A DNA stretch of 44,418 bases from sequence record PX502252.1; one strand, written 5' to 3'. A program made the translations under genes and the position numbers. The DNA is from a phage. The first letter of the stretch is position 1. Every line of letters starts with the position of its first letter. Below, in pieces: positions 16,904 to 28,000 of this stretch. The notes below the pieces were generated by a model. It made no database searches and was not told the DNA's origin. It saw nothing but the letters and a program-made list of their open reading frames with translations.

Positions 16904-18112
16904 ATGTCTACACCGAATACTCTGACTAACGTTGCTGTATCTGCGTCCGGTGAGGTTGACAGCCTTCTCATTGAGAAGTTTAATGGTAAAGTCAATGAGC
17001 AGTACCTGAAAGGTGAGAACATTCTGTCTTACTTTGATGTACAAACTGTTACTGGCACTAACACAGTGAGCAACAAATATTTGGGCGAGACTGAGTTGCA
17101 GGTGCTGGCACCGGGTCAGTCTCCTAATGCCACCCCTACTCAGGCGGATAAAAACCAGTTGGTAATTGATACCACTGTCATTGCTCGTAACACTGTGGCT
17201 CACATCCACGATGTACAAGGTGACATCGACAGCCTGAAACCTAAACTGGCTATGAACCAAGCCAAGCAACTGAAACGTCTGGAAGACCAGATGGCAATTC
17301 AGCAGATGCTGTTAGGCGGCATTGCTAACACCAAAGCAAAACGTGACAAGCCTCGCGTAAAAGGTCATGGCTTCTCTATCAACGTTAACGTAACTGAAAG
17401 TGAAGCACTGGCTAACCCGCAGTATGTCATGGCTGCGGTAGAATATGCTCTGGAGCAACAGCTTGAGCAGGAAGTGGACATCTCTGATGTAGCTATCATG
17501 ATGCCATGGAAGTTCTTCAATGCTCTGCGTGATGCGGATCGTATTGTAGATAAGACTTACACTATTAGCCAATCTGGTGCAACCATTAACGGTTTCGTTC
17601 TGTCTTCTTACAACTGCCCTGTGATCCCATCTAACCGATTCCCTACCTTTACTCAGGGTCAGGCTCACCACCTGTTGTCTAATGAAGATAATGGCTATCG
17701 TTATGACCCCATCGCAGAGATGAATGGTGCAGTTGCTGTGCTGTTTACTGCCGACGCACTGCTTGTAGGTCGGACTATTGAAGTGACTGGTGACATCTTC
17801 TATGAGAAGAAAGAGAAGACTTACTATATCGATACCTTCATGGCTGAAGGTGCAATCCCTGATCGCTGGGAGGCTGTGTCTGTAGTTACCACTAAACGCA
17901 ACGGAACCTCTGGTGCTGCTCAGGGTGCAGGCGACGACCACGACACTGTACTGGCTCGTGCACAGCGTAAGGCTGTATATGTCAAGACCGCAGGCGCTGC
18001 GGCTGCATTCTCTGCTGCACCCGTAGGTATCCAAGCAGAAGACCTAGTAGCGGCGGTACGTGCTGTAATGGTAAATGACATCAAGCCTACTGCACTGAAA
18101 CCTACTGAGTAA
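16904..18112 (+). CDS. Major capsid protein, T7 gp10-like
   Basis: 402 aa; dedicated promoter and terminator; position after scaffold. Confidence 0.92.
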   Translation: MSTPNTLTNVAVSASGEVDSLLIEKFNGKVNEQYLKGENILSYFDVQTVTGTNTVSNKYLGETELQVLAPGQSPNATPTQADKNQLVIDTTVIARNTVAHIHDVQGDIDSLKPKLAMNQAKQLKRLEDQMAIQQMLLGGIANTKAKRDKPRVKGHGFSINVNVTESEALANPQYVMAAVEYALEQQLEQEVDISDVAIMMPWKFFNALRDADRIVDKTYTISQSGATINGFVLSSYNCPVIPSNRFPTFTQGQAHHLLSNEDNGYRYDPIAEMNGAVAVLFTADALLVGRTIEVTGDIFYEKKEKTYYIDTFMAEGAIPDRWEAVSVVTTKRNGTSGAAQGAGDDHDTVLARAQRKAVYVKTAGAAAAFSAAPVGIQAEDLVAAVRAVMVNDIKPTALKPTE

Positions 18113-18120
18113 TAACCTAT

Positions 18121-18156
18121 GCCCTATCTACCTTGCGTAGGTAGGGTTCTTTTGTT
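18121..18156 (+). terminator. Stem-loop plus T-run terminator after capsid gene (GCCCTATCTACC...GGTAGGGTTCTTTTG)
   Basis: Same architecture as 9030-9061. Confidence 0.7.
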
Positions 18157-18167
18157 TAGGAGGATTC

Positions 18168-18908
18168 ATGCCTTTAATTCAAAATACAAGTGATGTTGGG
18201 CGTATCATGGCTGAGGCTTCCTTCAATATCATTGATAGTAAGCTGGAGGCAGTCAACCTGTGTATGCGAGCTATTGGTCGTGAGGGTGTGGATTCCCTTG
18301 ACTCTGGCGACTTAGATGCTGAAGATGCTAACAAGATTATTGATATTGTCTCACAACGCTTCCAATACAACAAGGGTGGTGGTTGGTGGTTTAACAGAGA
18401 ACCTAATTGGCTACTTAAACCTGACACAAATGGTGAAGTGAACATGCCTAACAATTGTCTTGCTGTTCTCCAATGTTATGCTCTAGGTGAACGTAAAGTA
18501 CCTATGACTATACGCGCAGGCAAGTTGTACTCTGTTTGGAATCACACTTTCGATATGTCAAAGTATGTGAATCAGGATGGGCGTATTAGGTTGACTCTGG
18601 TAACATTACTGCCTTTCGAGCATCTACCTGCAAGTGTAATGCAGGCCATTGCCTATCAGGCTGCCGTAGAGTTTATTGTGTCTAAAGATGCAGATAAGAC
18701 TAAACTACAAGCACACCAGCAGATTGCAGCACAATTGATGATTGATGTTCAGTCAGAGCAGTCTTCTCAGAAGAGACTTAATATGCTTGTACATAACCCC
18801 ACTCAGCGCAACTTTGGCATCATGGCAGGTGGATCTCAGAATGTACCAGCGTTCTCCTATTCACCTTATGACACTTACCCTGTAAGGCCGTGGGAGGTTG
18901 ATAGATAA
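18168..18908 (+). CDS. Tail tubular protein A, T7 gp11-like
   Basis: 246 aa; synteny after capsid. Confidence 0.85.
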   Translation: MPLIQNTSDVGRIMAEASFNIIDSKLEAVNLCMRAIGREGVDSLDSGDLDAEDANKIIDIVSQRFQYNKGGGWWFNREPNWLLKPDTNGEVNMPNNCLAVLQCYALGERKVPMTIRAGKLYSVWNHTFDMSKYVNQDGRIRLTLVTLLPFEHLPASVMQAIAYQAAVEFIVSKDADKTKLQAHQQIAAQLMIDVQSEQSSQKRLNMLVHNPTQRNFGIMAGGSQNVPAFSYSPYDTYPVRPWEVDR

Positions 18909-21313
18909 TGGAAGTACAAGGTTCTTTAGGTCGTCAGATTCAAGGTATTAGCCAACAACCAGCAGCAGTACGGTTAGACGGTCAATGTACTGATATGGTT
19001 AATATGGTTCCAGATGTAGTCAACGGTACACAATCCCGCATGGGTAGCACTCATATTGCAAAGCTAATGGAAGCAGGCAGTGACAATATGGCAACACATC
19101 ACTATAGAAGAGGGGATGGGGTAGAAGAGTATTTCTTTGTCATGAAGAAAGGTAGCGTGCCAGAAATATTTGACAAAGAAGGGCGTAAATGCACTGTGAT
19201 CTCTCAGGATGCACCTATGGCTTATCTTGCTGAGGTTGTGAACCCGAGAGAAGACGTGCAGTTCATGACTATTGCTGATGTAACATTTATGCTTAACAGG
19301 CGTAAAGTAGTGAAAGCTCGTAGTGATAAGTCTCCAAGTGTGGGAAACAAGGCTATTGTGTTTTCTGCCTACGGGCAGTATGGCACTTCGTACACTATCT
19401 CTATTAACGGCGAGCAAGCGGCGACCTTCAAAACTCCAGATGGAAGTGACCCTAGTCATGTAGAACAGATTCGCACTGAGTACCTAGCCACTAAGCTATA
19501 TGAGAGTTTACAGACATGGAGTAAAGCGTCACAGTACACCTTGCAAAGAGAAGGCACTAGTATCTACATTGAAACTAAAGATGGTAGTGATTTCACTATT
19601 ACTACCACAGATGGGGCCAAGGGTAAGGACTTGGTTGCCATAAAGAACCGAGTGTCATCTACAGACTTACTTCCCTCAAGAGCACCAGAAGGGTACAAGG
19701 TACAGGTGTGGCCTACAGGGAGTAAACCAGAATCTAGGTATTGGCTAGAGGCTGTACCTAAAGAAGGAGGTAACTTAGTTGCTTGGCAAGAAACTATTGC
19801 AGCAGATGTGTTACTTGGATTTGATAAAGATACTATGCCCTATATTATAGAGCGTACAGGTATTGTAGGAGGTGTGGCGCAGTTTAAGATAAGGCACGGT
19901 GATTGGGAAGATCGTAAGGTAGGAGATGACCTGACTAACCCTATGCCTTCTTTTATTGATGAAGATGTACCACAGGCGATTGGCGGTATGTTCATGGTGC
20001 AGAACCGTCTTTGTGTTACAGCAGGCGAAGCCGTCATAGCAACTAGGACTTCTCACTTCTTTGACTTCTTTCGTTTCTCCGCAGTATCTGCTGTGGCAAC
20101 AGACCCTTTCGATATTTTCTCAGATGCAAGTGAGGTATACCAGCTTAAACATGCAGTAACCCTAGATGGGGCAACAGTATTATTCGCAGATACATCTCAG
20201 TTCATACTTCCGGGGGATAAAGTATTAGAGAAATCTAATGTCATACTCAAGCCTGCTACAACTTTCGAAGTTGACAACAGGGTGCCACCTGTGGCAACTG
20301 GTGAGTCCGTGATGTTTGCTACAAGTGAGGGTGCTTACTCTGGTGTGCGTGAGTTTTATACCGATTCTTACAGCGACACTAAGAAGGCGCAGGCTGTTAC
20401 TAGTCATGTTAACAAGTTGATAGAAGGTAATATCACTCATATGGTAGCGAGCACTAATATCAACAGATTACTTGTAGTAACAGACAAAGACCCTAATATT
20501 GTCTATTGCTACGACTGGTTGTGGCAAGGGACAGATCGTGTACAGTCTGCATGGCATAAGTGGGTGTGGCCTAAAGATACTTTGATTCGCTCTATGGTCT
20601 ATTCCTCAGAGATGTTATATCTCATTGTAGAACGAGGTAATACTGGTTTGTATCTAGAGGTTATGGATATGGGTGATGCTCTTACTTATGGTTTAGTTGA
20701 CAGAATTAGACTGGATAGGCAAGCAGAGTTGATCTTCACCTATGATGCTAATACAGACCAGTGGGTTTCTAATGAGTTGCCTTGGAAGCCTACTGACCCA
20801 GCCTTACTTGAGTGTGTGATAATTCAAGGGTGGCCTGCTTATATTGGTGGTTCTTTTCATTTTGAATATGATGAAGCCAGTAATAAGCTAATTACAACTT
20901 TTGATTTATCAGAAGAAGGCACTAATGCTATAGCTGTCGTAGGGCAGTTGTATCAGCAGGAGTTTGAGCCAACACAGGTCGTTATTCGAGATAACCAAGA
21001 TAGAGTGTCCTACATAGATGTGCCAGTGGTAGGCCTGGTTCACCTTAACTTGGATAAATACCCTGACTTTGAAGTTCATATCAAGAACTTAAAGAGTGGC
21101 AAATTAAGAAAGGCTTTGGCATCTAACAGGAAAGGCGGGGCACTTAATAATGTTGTTGGTTATGTCAAGCCAGAAGAGGGGTCATTCAAATTTCCACTAA
21201 GATCCCTTAGTACAGATACTGTTTATCGTATCATTGTTAACTCCCCTCATACATTCCAACTCAGGGATATTGAGTGGGAAGGTTCGTATAACCCAACTAA
21301 GAGGAGGGTATAA
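18908..21313 (+). CDS. Tail tubular protein B, T7 gp12-like
   Basis: 801 aa; synteny. Confidence 0.88.
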   Translation: MEVQGSLGRQIQGISQQPAAVRLDGQCTDMVNMVPDVVNGTQSRMGSTHIAKLMEAGSDNMATHHYRRGDGVEEYFFVMKKGSVPEIFDKEGRKCTVISQDAPMAYLAEVVNPREDVQFMTIADVTFMLNRRKVVKARSDKSPSVGNKAIVFSAYGQYGTSYTISINGEQAATFKTPDGSDPSHVEQIRTEYLATKLYESLQTWSKASQYTLQREGTSIYIETKDGSDFTITTTDGAKGKDLVAIKNRVSSTDLLPSRAPEGYKVQVWPTGSKPESRYWLEAVPKEGGNLVAWQETIAADVLLGFDKDTMPYIIERTGIVGGVAQFKIRHGDWEDRKVGDDLTNPMPSFIDEDVPQAIGGMFMVQNRLCVTAGEAVIATRTSHFFDFFRFSAVSAVATDPFDIFSDASEVYQLKHAVTLDGATVLFADTSQFILPGDKVLEKSNVILKPATTFEVDNRVPPVATGESVMFATSEGAYSGVREFYTDSYSDTKKAQAVTSHVNKLIEGNITHMVASTNINRLLVVTDKDPNIVYCYDWLWQGTDRVQSAWHKWVWPKDTLIRSMVYSSEMLYLIVERGNTGLYLEVMDMGDALTYGLVDRIRLDRQAELIFTYDANTDQWVSNELPWKPTDPALLECVIIQGWPAYIGGSFHFEYDEASNKLITTFDLSEEGTNAIAVVGQLYQQEFEPTQVVIRDNQDRVSYIDVPVVGLVHLNLDKYPDFEVHIKNLKSGKLRKALASNRKGGALNNVVGYVKPEEGSFKFPLRSLSTDTVYRIIVNSPHTFQLRDIEWEGSYNPTKRRV

Positions 21314-22038
21314 TGGCAGTAATGGCAACAGTAGGATCAAGCCTAGCCAGTATGTTCTCCAGTAGTGCAGGTGCTGCGGCTGCTAGTAGTGCTGCTGGTA
21401 GTGCCGCCGCTGGGAGTGGGGGTGTGCTTGGCTCTGTCGGAAGTTTCTTAGGTGGAAGCTCTGCTGGCTTTTCTAATGCAGGTTTGTTGTCTGCTGGACT
21501 ACAAGGCTTAAACTTACTAGGCGGCCTATTCGGTGGACGAGATACCGCTAAGGCTATGCAGAAAGCACAAGAAGAAGAGTGGAGACAAAGGCTAGAAGCC
21601 ACACGTGAAGCCTATTCTTCTGTGGCAAATGCAGAACGGTCTGCTGCAAAGCAATATCATTCTGACTTCCTTAATAATCAAATTTCACTGATGCAGCAAC
21701 GAGCGCAAGTTGCAGTAATGGCAGGTGCTACTGGAACAGGTGGTAGCTCCATCACATCCATGCTCAATGATTTGACGGCAGAAGGTGGTCGTAATCAGTC
21801 AACCATTATAGATAATTATGAGAATCAGCAAATCAACTTTGCCAACCAGTTGAAGTCTATTCAACGCAGTGGACAGATGCAGATGCGAACGTTTGACAAA
21901 CCTTCCGCTTTGGGTACTTTGGTGAAAGGTATACCAAGCCTTGCATCTTCCTATGTCACCGGAAGTAAAGCAGGTATGGCGCTTGGCAAGGCTATCACTG
22001 AGTCTCGTACTTATTCATCAGGAACTAGAGGAGTTTAA
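21313..22038 (+). CDS. Internal virion protein (Gly/Ala/Ser-rich N-terminus)
   Basis: 241 aa; low-complexity AAAASSAAGSAAAGSGG region; position of T7 gp13/14. Confidence 0.75.
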   Translation: MAVMATVGSSLASMFSSSAGAAAASSAAGSAAAGSGGVLGSVGSFLGGSSAGFSNAGLLSAGLQGLNLLGGLFGGRDTAKAMQKAQEEEWRQRLEATREAYSSVANAERSAAKQYHSDFLNNQISLMQQRAQVAVMAGATGTGGSSITSMLNDLTAEGGRNQSTIIDNYENQQINFANQLKSIQRSGQMQMRTFDKPSALGTLVKGIPSLASSYVTGSKAGMALGKAITESRTYSSGTRGV

Positions 22039-24981
22039 ATGGCAATTGAACGTCAAGCTGTACAAGGTTTAGAAAGAGTACAGTCAAGGGGCGCGCCAAC
22101 ACCTATGTCTTTCACACCACGACAAGTGAGTATCTCAGGGGGCGCTGATGCCTCCGGTAGTAGATTTTTGGAAGACTTAGTAAACGCCGCAAGTAGTGTG
22201 GCTGATGTCACTACTGCTATCCTTAATCAGCAAGTAGAAGACGATAAGGTTCGCCAGATGGATAGGGCTTTGTCTGGCATGATGCCTTCTGAGGATGCCA
22301 CGGTAGGCGGTGCTCGTGCTCATATGCTGGTTAGTTTACAAAATGATGTAATCGCACAGACAACTGCGCTACAAGCAGAAGCACAGCGATTTCAAGGTAG
22401 TGACGAGGATTGGGAAAACTATGTAGTTCAATCTCGTAATGAGGTACAAAATAGATTATGGCAAAGTTATCCAGAGCTTCGTGGTGACAAAGATTCTATG
22501 AGGCTTGTCACTAACGCGTTCATGGAGCAGCAACCTAGAATTACTGCAACTAGAGCAGAGGCTAAACTTCGTCAAGAAGAAGAAGCACGAATGCAATCTA
22601 TGCAGTCTCGTATTATCATGGCTACAAGGGACGTAGCGCCAGATGCCACTGGTGCAGCTCTTATCCAGCTACAAAAAGAAGCACTGGCGATGGGTCTTAG
22701 TAAACCTGAGTTTGATCAAATGGTTGCTAAGATTGCATCTGAAAGAGCGGCAGTAGGAGATGATAGTCTTATTCAGGGAACCAAGGCATTGGTGGATGAT
22801 AAGGGTGTCTCTTTGTATGACCGTGTTGGTGCTTTGCAAACTGGAGAAATTCAAGCTAACAGAACTTGGGCTGCTCAGAATCAGGTTGCCCTCTTCGAGA
22901 AGAAAGATGCAGCTATAAAGGCATTCGATGCAGGGCAACTTACTCGCGAAGAGTTACTTCAGGTAATGCAGAATCACAATGAATTGACTGGTGGCACTGC
23001 TTGGTCTGATAGCGAGATCAAGGCTATCTTCGATAGGCAAGCTAAGGTTAATGCAGAGAAAGCAAAGCTCGAAGATCTTATTGCACGAGGTGAATCTGGG
23101 TCGCCTTTAGGCTTACAGGACATTAGTAAGGATGACAGAAAGACATATGCTGAAGCCTTAGTTAGTACCTACACTAAGCTGGCAGAAGATGAAATTGCTC
23201 GTACTGGTGCAACGGGAGAACAGGCTGAAGCTATTCGCGGTAGGTATGAGCAGATGCGTTATCTTAAATTGGGTCAACAGCTTATTGAAGACCCGATCAT
23301 TAAGGAAAGGTATTCGTCGCTTATGCAGCTATCCTCTGCCAACCTCAAGGATATGAATGTTGAACCTGAAGCACTGCAAACTATCATGCGAGCACGTGAT
23401 TCTATTCCAGAGGATGCACGTCGTGCTGTTATGGGAGACAAAGAATATGCCTTTGTTGAGAACTATGACTTAGCAACTCGCATGGGATATAACACAGGTC
23501 AAGCTATTGAGTTTGCACAGAATGCCTCTCGCGGCGAGAAATTACAAGGTTCTGTGCTCAAAGAACTTAATGATGATGTAGATGGAGTAGTTAGTGACAT
23601 TGCAGGAGGTAGCTGGCTCACTTTTGGTGATAACATGAGTGAAATGGGACGTGACATTATGATGGAGGAGGCAAGTACAATTGCTAGAGCAATGAAGGTT
23701 GCAGGCCATAATAATGACACTATTAAGCGTCACCTTAAATCCTATCTTACAAGCCAGTATACACAATTGTCAGAAGGTTTCTTTACTCAAGGTGTTCTTG
23801 TAAAAGGAGACATTCGTACATTAGGGGACACTATAGGAGTAAACCAAGGAGACGTCCCAATGGCTCTCCGTCAGTACCTAGATAATAACAAACAAGCTCT
23901 ACTAGATGCATCAGGTGGGTTAGAGGAAGGCGACCTGTATTTTGATGTAGATGCGCAGCGTGGCCTCTTTACTATACGTGCAGGCTCTGGTCGTGTGCCT
24001 GTTACACAGGCAATGCCTTTGTCTGAAATCAAAGGTCAATCCTTGCTTAAGCAACGGTATGATGCAGAGGTTAAAGCACGTGATGAAGGGCGTAAGAATT
24101 TTGAAGCACAACAAATGCGAATGTGGGGTGCAGGTGGATATCAAGCACAGCCACCTGCAAAGACTACAGCCAAAACTGTAGGCTCACGTGGTATTGCTGA
24201 CTTCTTAATGTCTCCCGCCTTTGCATCAGGTGAAAGATTGCCAGCAAACTTTGAGTTTGGCTATAAGAGGAATAATATGGACTTTTATAACTATGTGGCT
24301 AAGACTGAGAATAGCGCCAATGTAGGGTTCGACCGAGTAGCGGGAGTTTATACACCATACAAAGATGCACATGGTCAGTCTGTAGGTTATGGTCACTTCC
24401 TTACTGCTGAAGAGAAGAAGAACGGATACATTATGATTGGTACAGAGAAAGTGCCATTCACTCCGGGGCAATCTCAATTAACACCAGAACGTGCCATGCG
24501 CCTCCTACAGCAAGACTTGAAGAGCCATGTGCCAAGCACTTCAGGGTGGGCTGTTCCCTTCGAAGAGATGCACCCAGGTGTTCAGCGTGGCCTTATGGAT
24601 TTGTCCTATAACTTAGGTAAAGGAGGCATCCAGAATGCTCCTAAGGCATATGCTGCGTTTAAGGCTGGCAAGTTTACTGATGGCTTTATCGAGATGTTAT
24701 CTACTGCATCTACTGAAGGTAAACGTAGCACTGGGTTGTTGGTTCGTAGGGCAGAAGCATATAATCTTGCCCAGAGCGGAGGTGCTGTTCCTAAGATTAG
24801 TGAAGTAGAGACACGAGCAGATGGGTCCATGTATGTGAAGTTTGCAGGTCAGATGTCAGAGGCTTTCGTAAGTAAATCAATCTATAATCAGATTGGTAAG
24901 GATGGGTGGATGCAAGTGTACCCTCCAAAACAAGGTGCGCTTGCACCTAACACTCAGGTTGGTAGAATCAAACTAAGCTAG
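22039..24981 (+). CDS. Internal virion protein with C-terminal T4-lysozyme-like (GH24) muramidase domain
   Basis: 980 aa; segment E...YTPYKDAHGQSVGYGHFLT matches the E/D/T catalytic region pattern of T4 lysozyme (YKDTEGYYTIGIGHLLT). Confidence 0.8.
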   Translation: MAIERQAVQGLERVQSRGAPTPMSFTPRQVSISGGADASGSRFLEDLVNAASSVADVTTAILNQQVEDDKVRQMDRALSGMMPSEDATVGGARAHMLVSLQNDVIAQTTALQAEAQRFQGSDEDWENYVVQSRNEVQNRLWQSYPELRGDKDSMRLVTNAFMEQQPRITATRAEAKLRQEEEARMQSMQSRIIMATRDVAPDATGAALIQLQKEALAMGLSKPEFDQMVAKIASERAAVGDDSLIQGTKALVDDKGVSLYDRVGALQTGEIQANRTWAAQNQVALFEKKDAAIKAFDAGQLTREELLQVMQNHNELTGGTAWSDSEIKAIFDRQAKVNAEKAKLEDLIARGESGSPLGLQDISKDDRKTYAEALVSTYTKLAEDEIARTGATGEQAEAIRGRYEQMRYLKLGQQLIEDPIIKERYSSLMQLSSANLKDMNVEPEALQTIMRARDSIPEDARRAVMGDKEYAFVENYDLATRMGYNTGQAIEFAQNASRGEKLQGSVLKELNDDVDGVVSDIAGGSWLTFGDNMSEMGRDIMMEEASTIARAMKVAGHNNDTIKRHLKSYLTSQYTQLSEGFFTQGVLVKGDIRTLGDTIGVNQGDVPMALRQYLDNNKQALLDASGGLEEGDLYFDVDAQRGLFTIRAGSGRVPVTQAMPLSEIKGQSLLKQRYDAEVKARDEGRKNFEAQQMRMWGAGGYQAQPPAKTTAKTVGSRGIADFLMSPAFASGERLPANFEFGYKRNNMDFYNYVAKTENSANVGFDRVAGVYTPYKDAHGQSVGYGHFLTAEEKKNGYIMIGTEKVPFTPGQSQLTPERAMRLLQQDLKSHVPSTSGWAVPFEEMHPGVQRGLMDLSYNLGKGGIQNAPKAYAAFKAGKFTDGFIEMLSTASTEGKRSTGLLVRRAEAYNLAQSGGAVPKISEVETRADGSMYVKFAGQMSEAFVSKSIYNQIGKDGWMQVYPPKQGALAPNTQVGRIKLS

Positions 24982-24998
24982 TGTTATACTCAAGGTTT

Positions 24999-25014
24999 GT
25001 CTCACATGTGAGAC
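24999..25014. promoter_or_regulatory. 16-bp perfect palindrome GTCTCACATGTGAGAC (site 6), between internal virion protein genes
   Basis: Exact copy, flanked by T/A extending palindrome to 18 bp. Confidence 0.7.
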
Positions 25015-25048
25015 ATGCCTTTATGAATGACACTAACTAGGAGGTAAC

Positions 25049-28000
25049 ATGGTTGATAGTATTAACCAAAACTGGGTGGCGGTGACTCAACGCAAGTTAC
25101 CGCCTACCTTCTCTCAAGTTGCTGAAGCCGAACGTAGGGTAGAAGACCAGAGAGCTAAGGATAAAGTATTTCAAACAGCAATAGAAAGTGAGTGGGCTTT
25201 GTACGGTGGACAACGTGCCTATGAACGCCACACTACAGAGTTTACTGAACAAGAAGGTTATGAAGTACCTGAATCAACTAAGGATGAACTATCCAAGTTG
25301 TATGGGTATGAAATAGCGCAAGACATAGTTAAGAATGTGAAGTCTCCAGAAGAGTTGCAATTCCGTATGTCTAATGCTGCTGCTGATAAAGACAGAGCAG
25401 ACATCTTAGCACGTAATGGTTTCACAGGTTTTAGCGCACAGATTGCTGCTGGCATTCTTGACCCTGTAGGTTGGGCGGCTTCTCTAGTAGCTGCACCTGT
25501 AGCTGGTGCTGTCAAAGTAGGTCGTCTAGGTAGGATTATCAAGACGGCTGCCTTATCTGGTGCTGAAAATGCTGCATTAGAAGCTGTGCTTGCACAAGGT
25601 GATTACCAACGAGGTGTCGATGATGTACTGGCTGCTGCCGGGTTTGGTATGATTATGGGCGGTACTATTGGCGCTGCAACTAGGGAACGCATAGCCAGTG
25701 CTGGTTCTCGTACAGCGGCAGAGAGAGCAGAGGTTGTATTTGATGACTTGGACACCGTAGTAAAAGGTGCTGATGAGTTTGACTCGTCTGCTGCTCGTGC
25801 TGTACGTGAGGCCATGGAGTATGACGCGTATATGGCAGCACGTAATTATGAACCACTTCGTGCAAGAGAGGTGGATGCAGATATGGCAATTCTATCTCAC
25901 ACAGACAACTTGAAAGCCAATGCGTCGGTAAGGATGAGTGCTAGTGAGAAAGGACTACTGAAGAAACAGATACGCCAACTGGAAGCAGAAGCAGCCACAC
26001 TTAAGGGGAAGAAGATAGATGCTGTAGCAGAGGCTGCCGCCGCTAAGGGTGCACCTAAATCTGCTGCGGACAGATTGGATTTAGATGTTCAGAAGAAAGC
26101 ACTGGCACGTAGATTCGATGAACCACTTGCTGATTTACAAGCGCGTCTAGATGAGTTGAATGCCAAGTTATCTCGTGCGAACAATGTAGGTAAGGCTAAG
26201 GAGGAGCTTAAGAGATTCTCATCGCTGTCCCGTGAAGATCAAATAAAGGAACTAGGTTTAGACGCACCAATGCGTAAGGTGGAGATGACCCGTGCTGTAC
26301 GCGATGCAGTAGCTGCAATCCGTGCCGAACGTAAGAAGACACCTACCGAAATACATGCTGGACAAGTTGCAGAAGAGGCAATCAAACAAAAGGCAGATGA
26401 CTCTATTGGTGCTAAACGTGTTGAAGGTTCAGAGATTGCAGGCGAGCAGTTTGACTTATCTAAAAACATGGAAGAGCTTATGGACGACTTGGCACGAGAA
26501 GCATATCAGTCAGATGTGCGGCCTATTAATCTTAAGGGTCTAGGTTCGGTGTCTTCTGTGATTCTTAACTCAGAGAACCCTGTGTTCCGAGGTCTAGGCC
26601 TTCGTCTGCTTGAAAATGCTCAGGGTGGTGCATATCAAGGTAAGACAGCTTCTATCTTATCAGATGTGTATGGCAACCTTATTCGTCATGCAGAACGTAA
26701 CAGGTACAATGATGGTTTCTCTCAATTCATCAAAGATAACAACCTGCGTGCAGTAGATTATCTTAATCCTGCAACGACACGGGATTTCAATAATCAGATT
26801 TATACAGCAATTGTTCGTGGCATACCAGAAGATACACCTCGTGGTGTTAAACTGGCAGCCGAAGGTATTGCTGATAAACTCAAGAAAGCACTTGAGATTC
26901 GTAAGCAAGCAGGAGAGCATGGATTCGAGGATGTACAATCTGCTAAGGATTACATCCCTGTTATCTATGACGGTATCAAAATCACAGAGGCAGTTAACAA
27001 GCTAGGTAGCAGTGAAGCTGTCATACACTTGCTGTCTAAAGGTTATCAGACAGGCAAGTACAAGCTTGGCAAGAAAGCTGCTGATGCACTAGCCAAAGTC
27101 CAGTATATTCGCGCATCTGACTCTACCCTCTCTAGTCGTGTTGCATTCGATAGAGTGGTATCCCAGCAGCAGCAGGTTCAGTTGATTGAGGATCTGAAGA
27201 AAGCAGGAGTACCAGATCGTATCATTGATAATTTCATTGAAGGTACGGAATTAGCAGAAATGGCTGAATCGGTATCCAATCGAGCTAAAGCCAGTATGGG
27301 TATTAATACGCAAGCCGAATACGGTGGTTTGAAGGTGCAGGATTTGCTTAATACCAACGTAGGTGAGCTAACTGAGAACTACGGCAAAGAGGCAGCGGGT
27401 GGTGCTGCATTAGCTGCTATGGGTTTCCCTACTCGCCAATCTGTGCTGAACGCAATAGATGCCGCAGAACGCGCAGGCCGCAATATGGCGGGGTCAAATG
27501 CTAAGGCAATCAAACAGCTTAGGTCTGAGGCAGAAATGCTAAGAGATGCCGTTAAGCTTATTTACGGCAACACTATAGACGCCGACCCTAACTCTGGAAT
27601 TGTCAGGGGCACTAGACGTGTCCGCGAGATTACAGGCTTGTTACGATTAGGCCAAATGGGCTTCGCTCAGATACCCGAACTGGCACGTGCAATCTCTAAG
27701 ATGGGGCTAGGGACTGTGCTGAAGTCTGTACCTGCCACTAAGTTCTTACGTTCGAGAGCGGCTCGTAAAGGTGGCACGGCTCAGGGTGAGCTGCTTGAAC
27801 CTGAACTGCGGGAAATGGAGGAACTCTTAGGCTATATCGGGGAAGATAACTGGCTTACAGGGTGGAACGTCCGTCATGATGAGTTCGGAGAAACTGCTGA
27901 TAACCTAGGTAAGCTGTCCGCTATTATTGATAATGGCTTGGCTATGGGTAGTAGAATCAACACAATTCTCTCTGGTTTTAAAGCAGTACAAGGTGGTTCA

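Noticed and set aside
19095-19112. Partial promoter-like match CACATCACTATAGAAGAG inside tail tubular B gene
   Set aside because: Upstream specificity region (-17 to -9) does not match the consensus; probably non-functional
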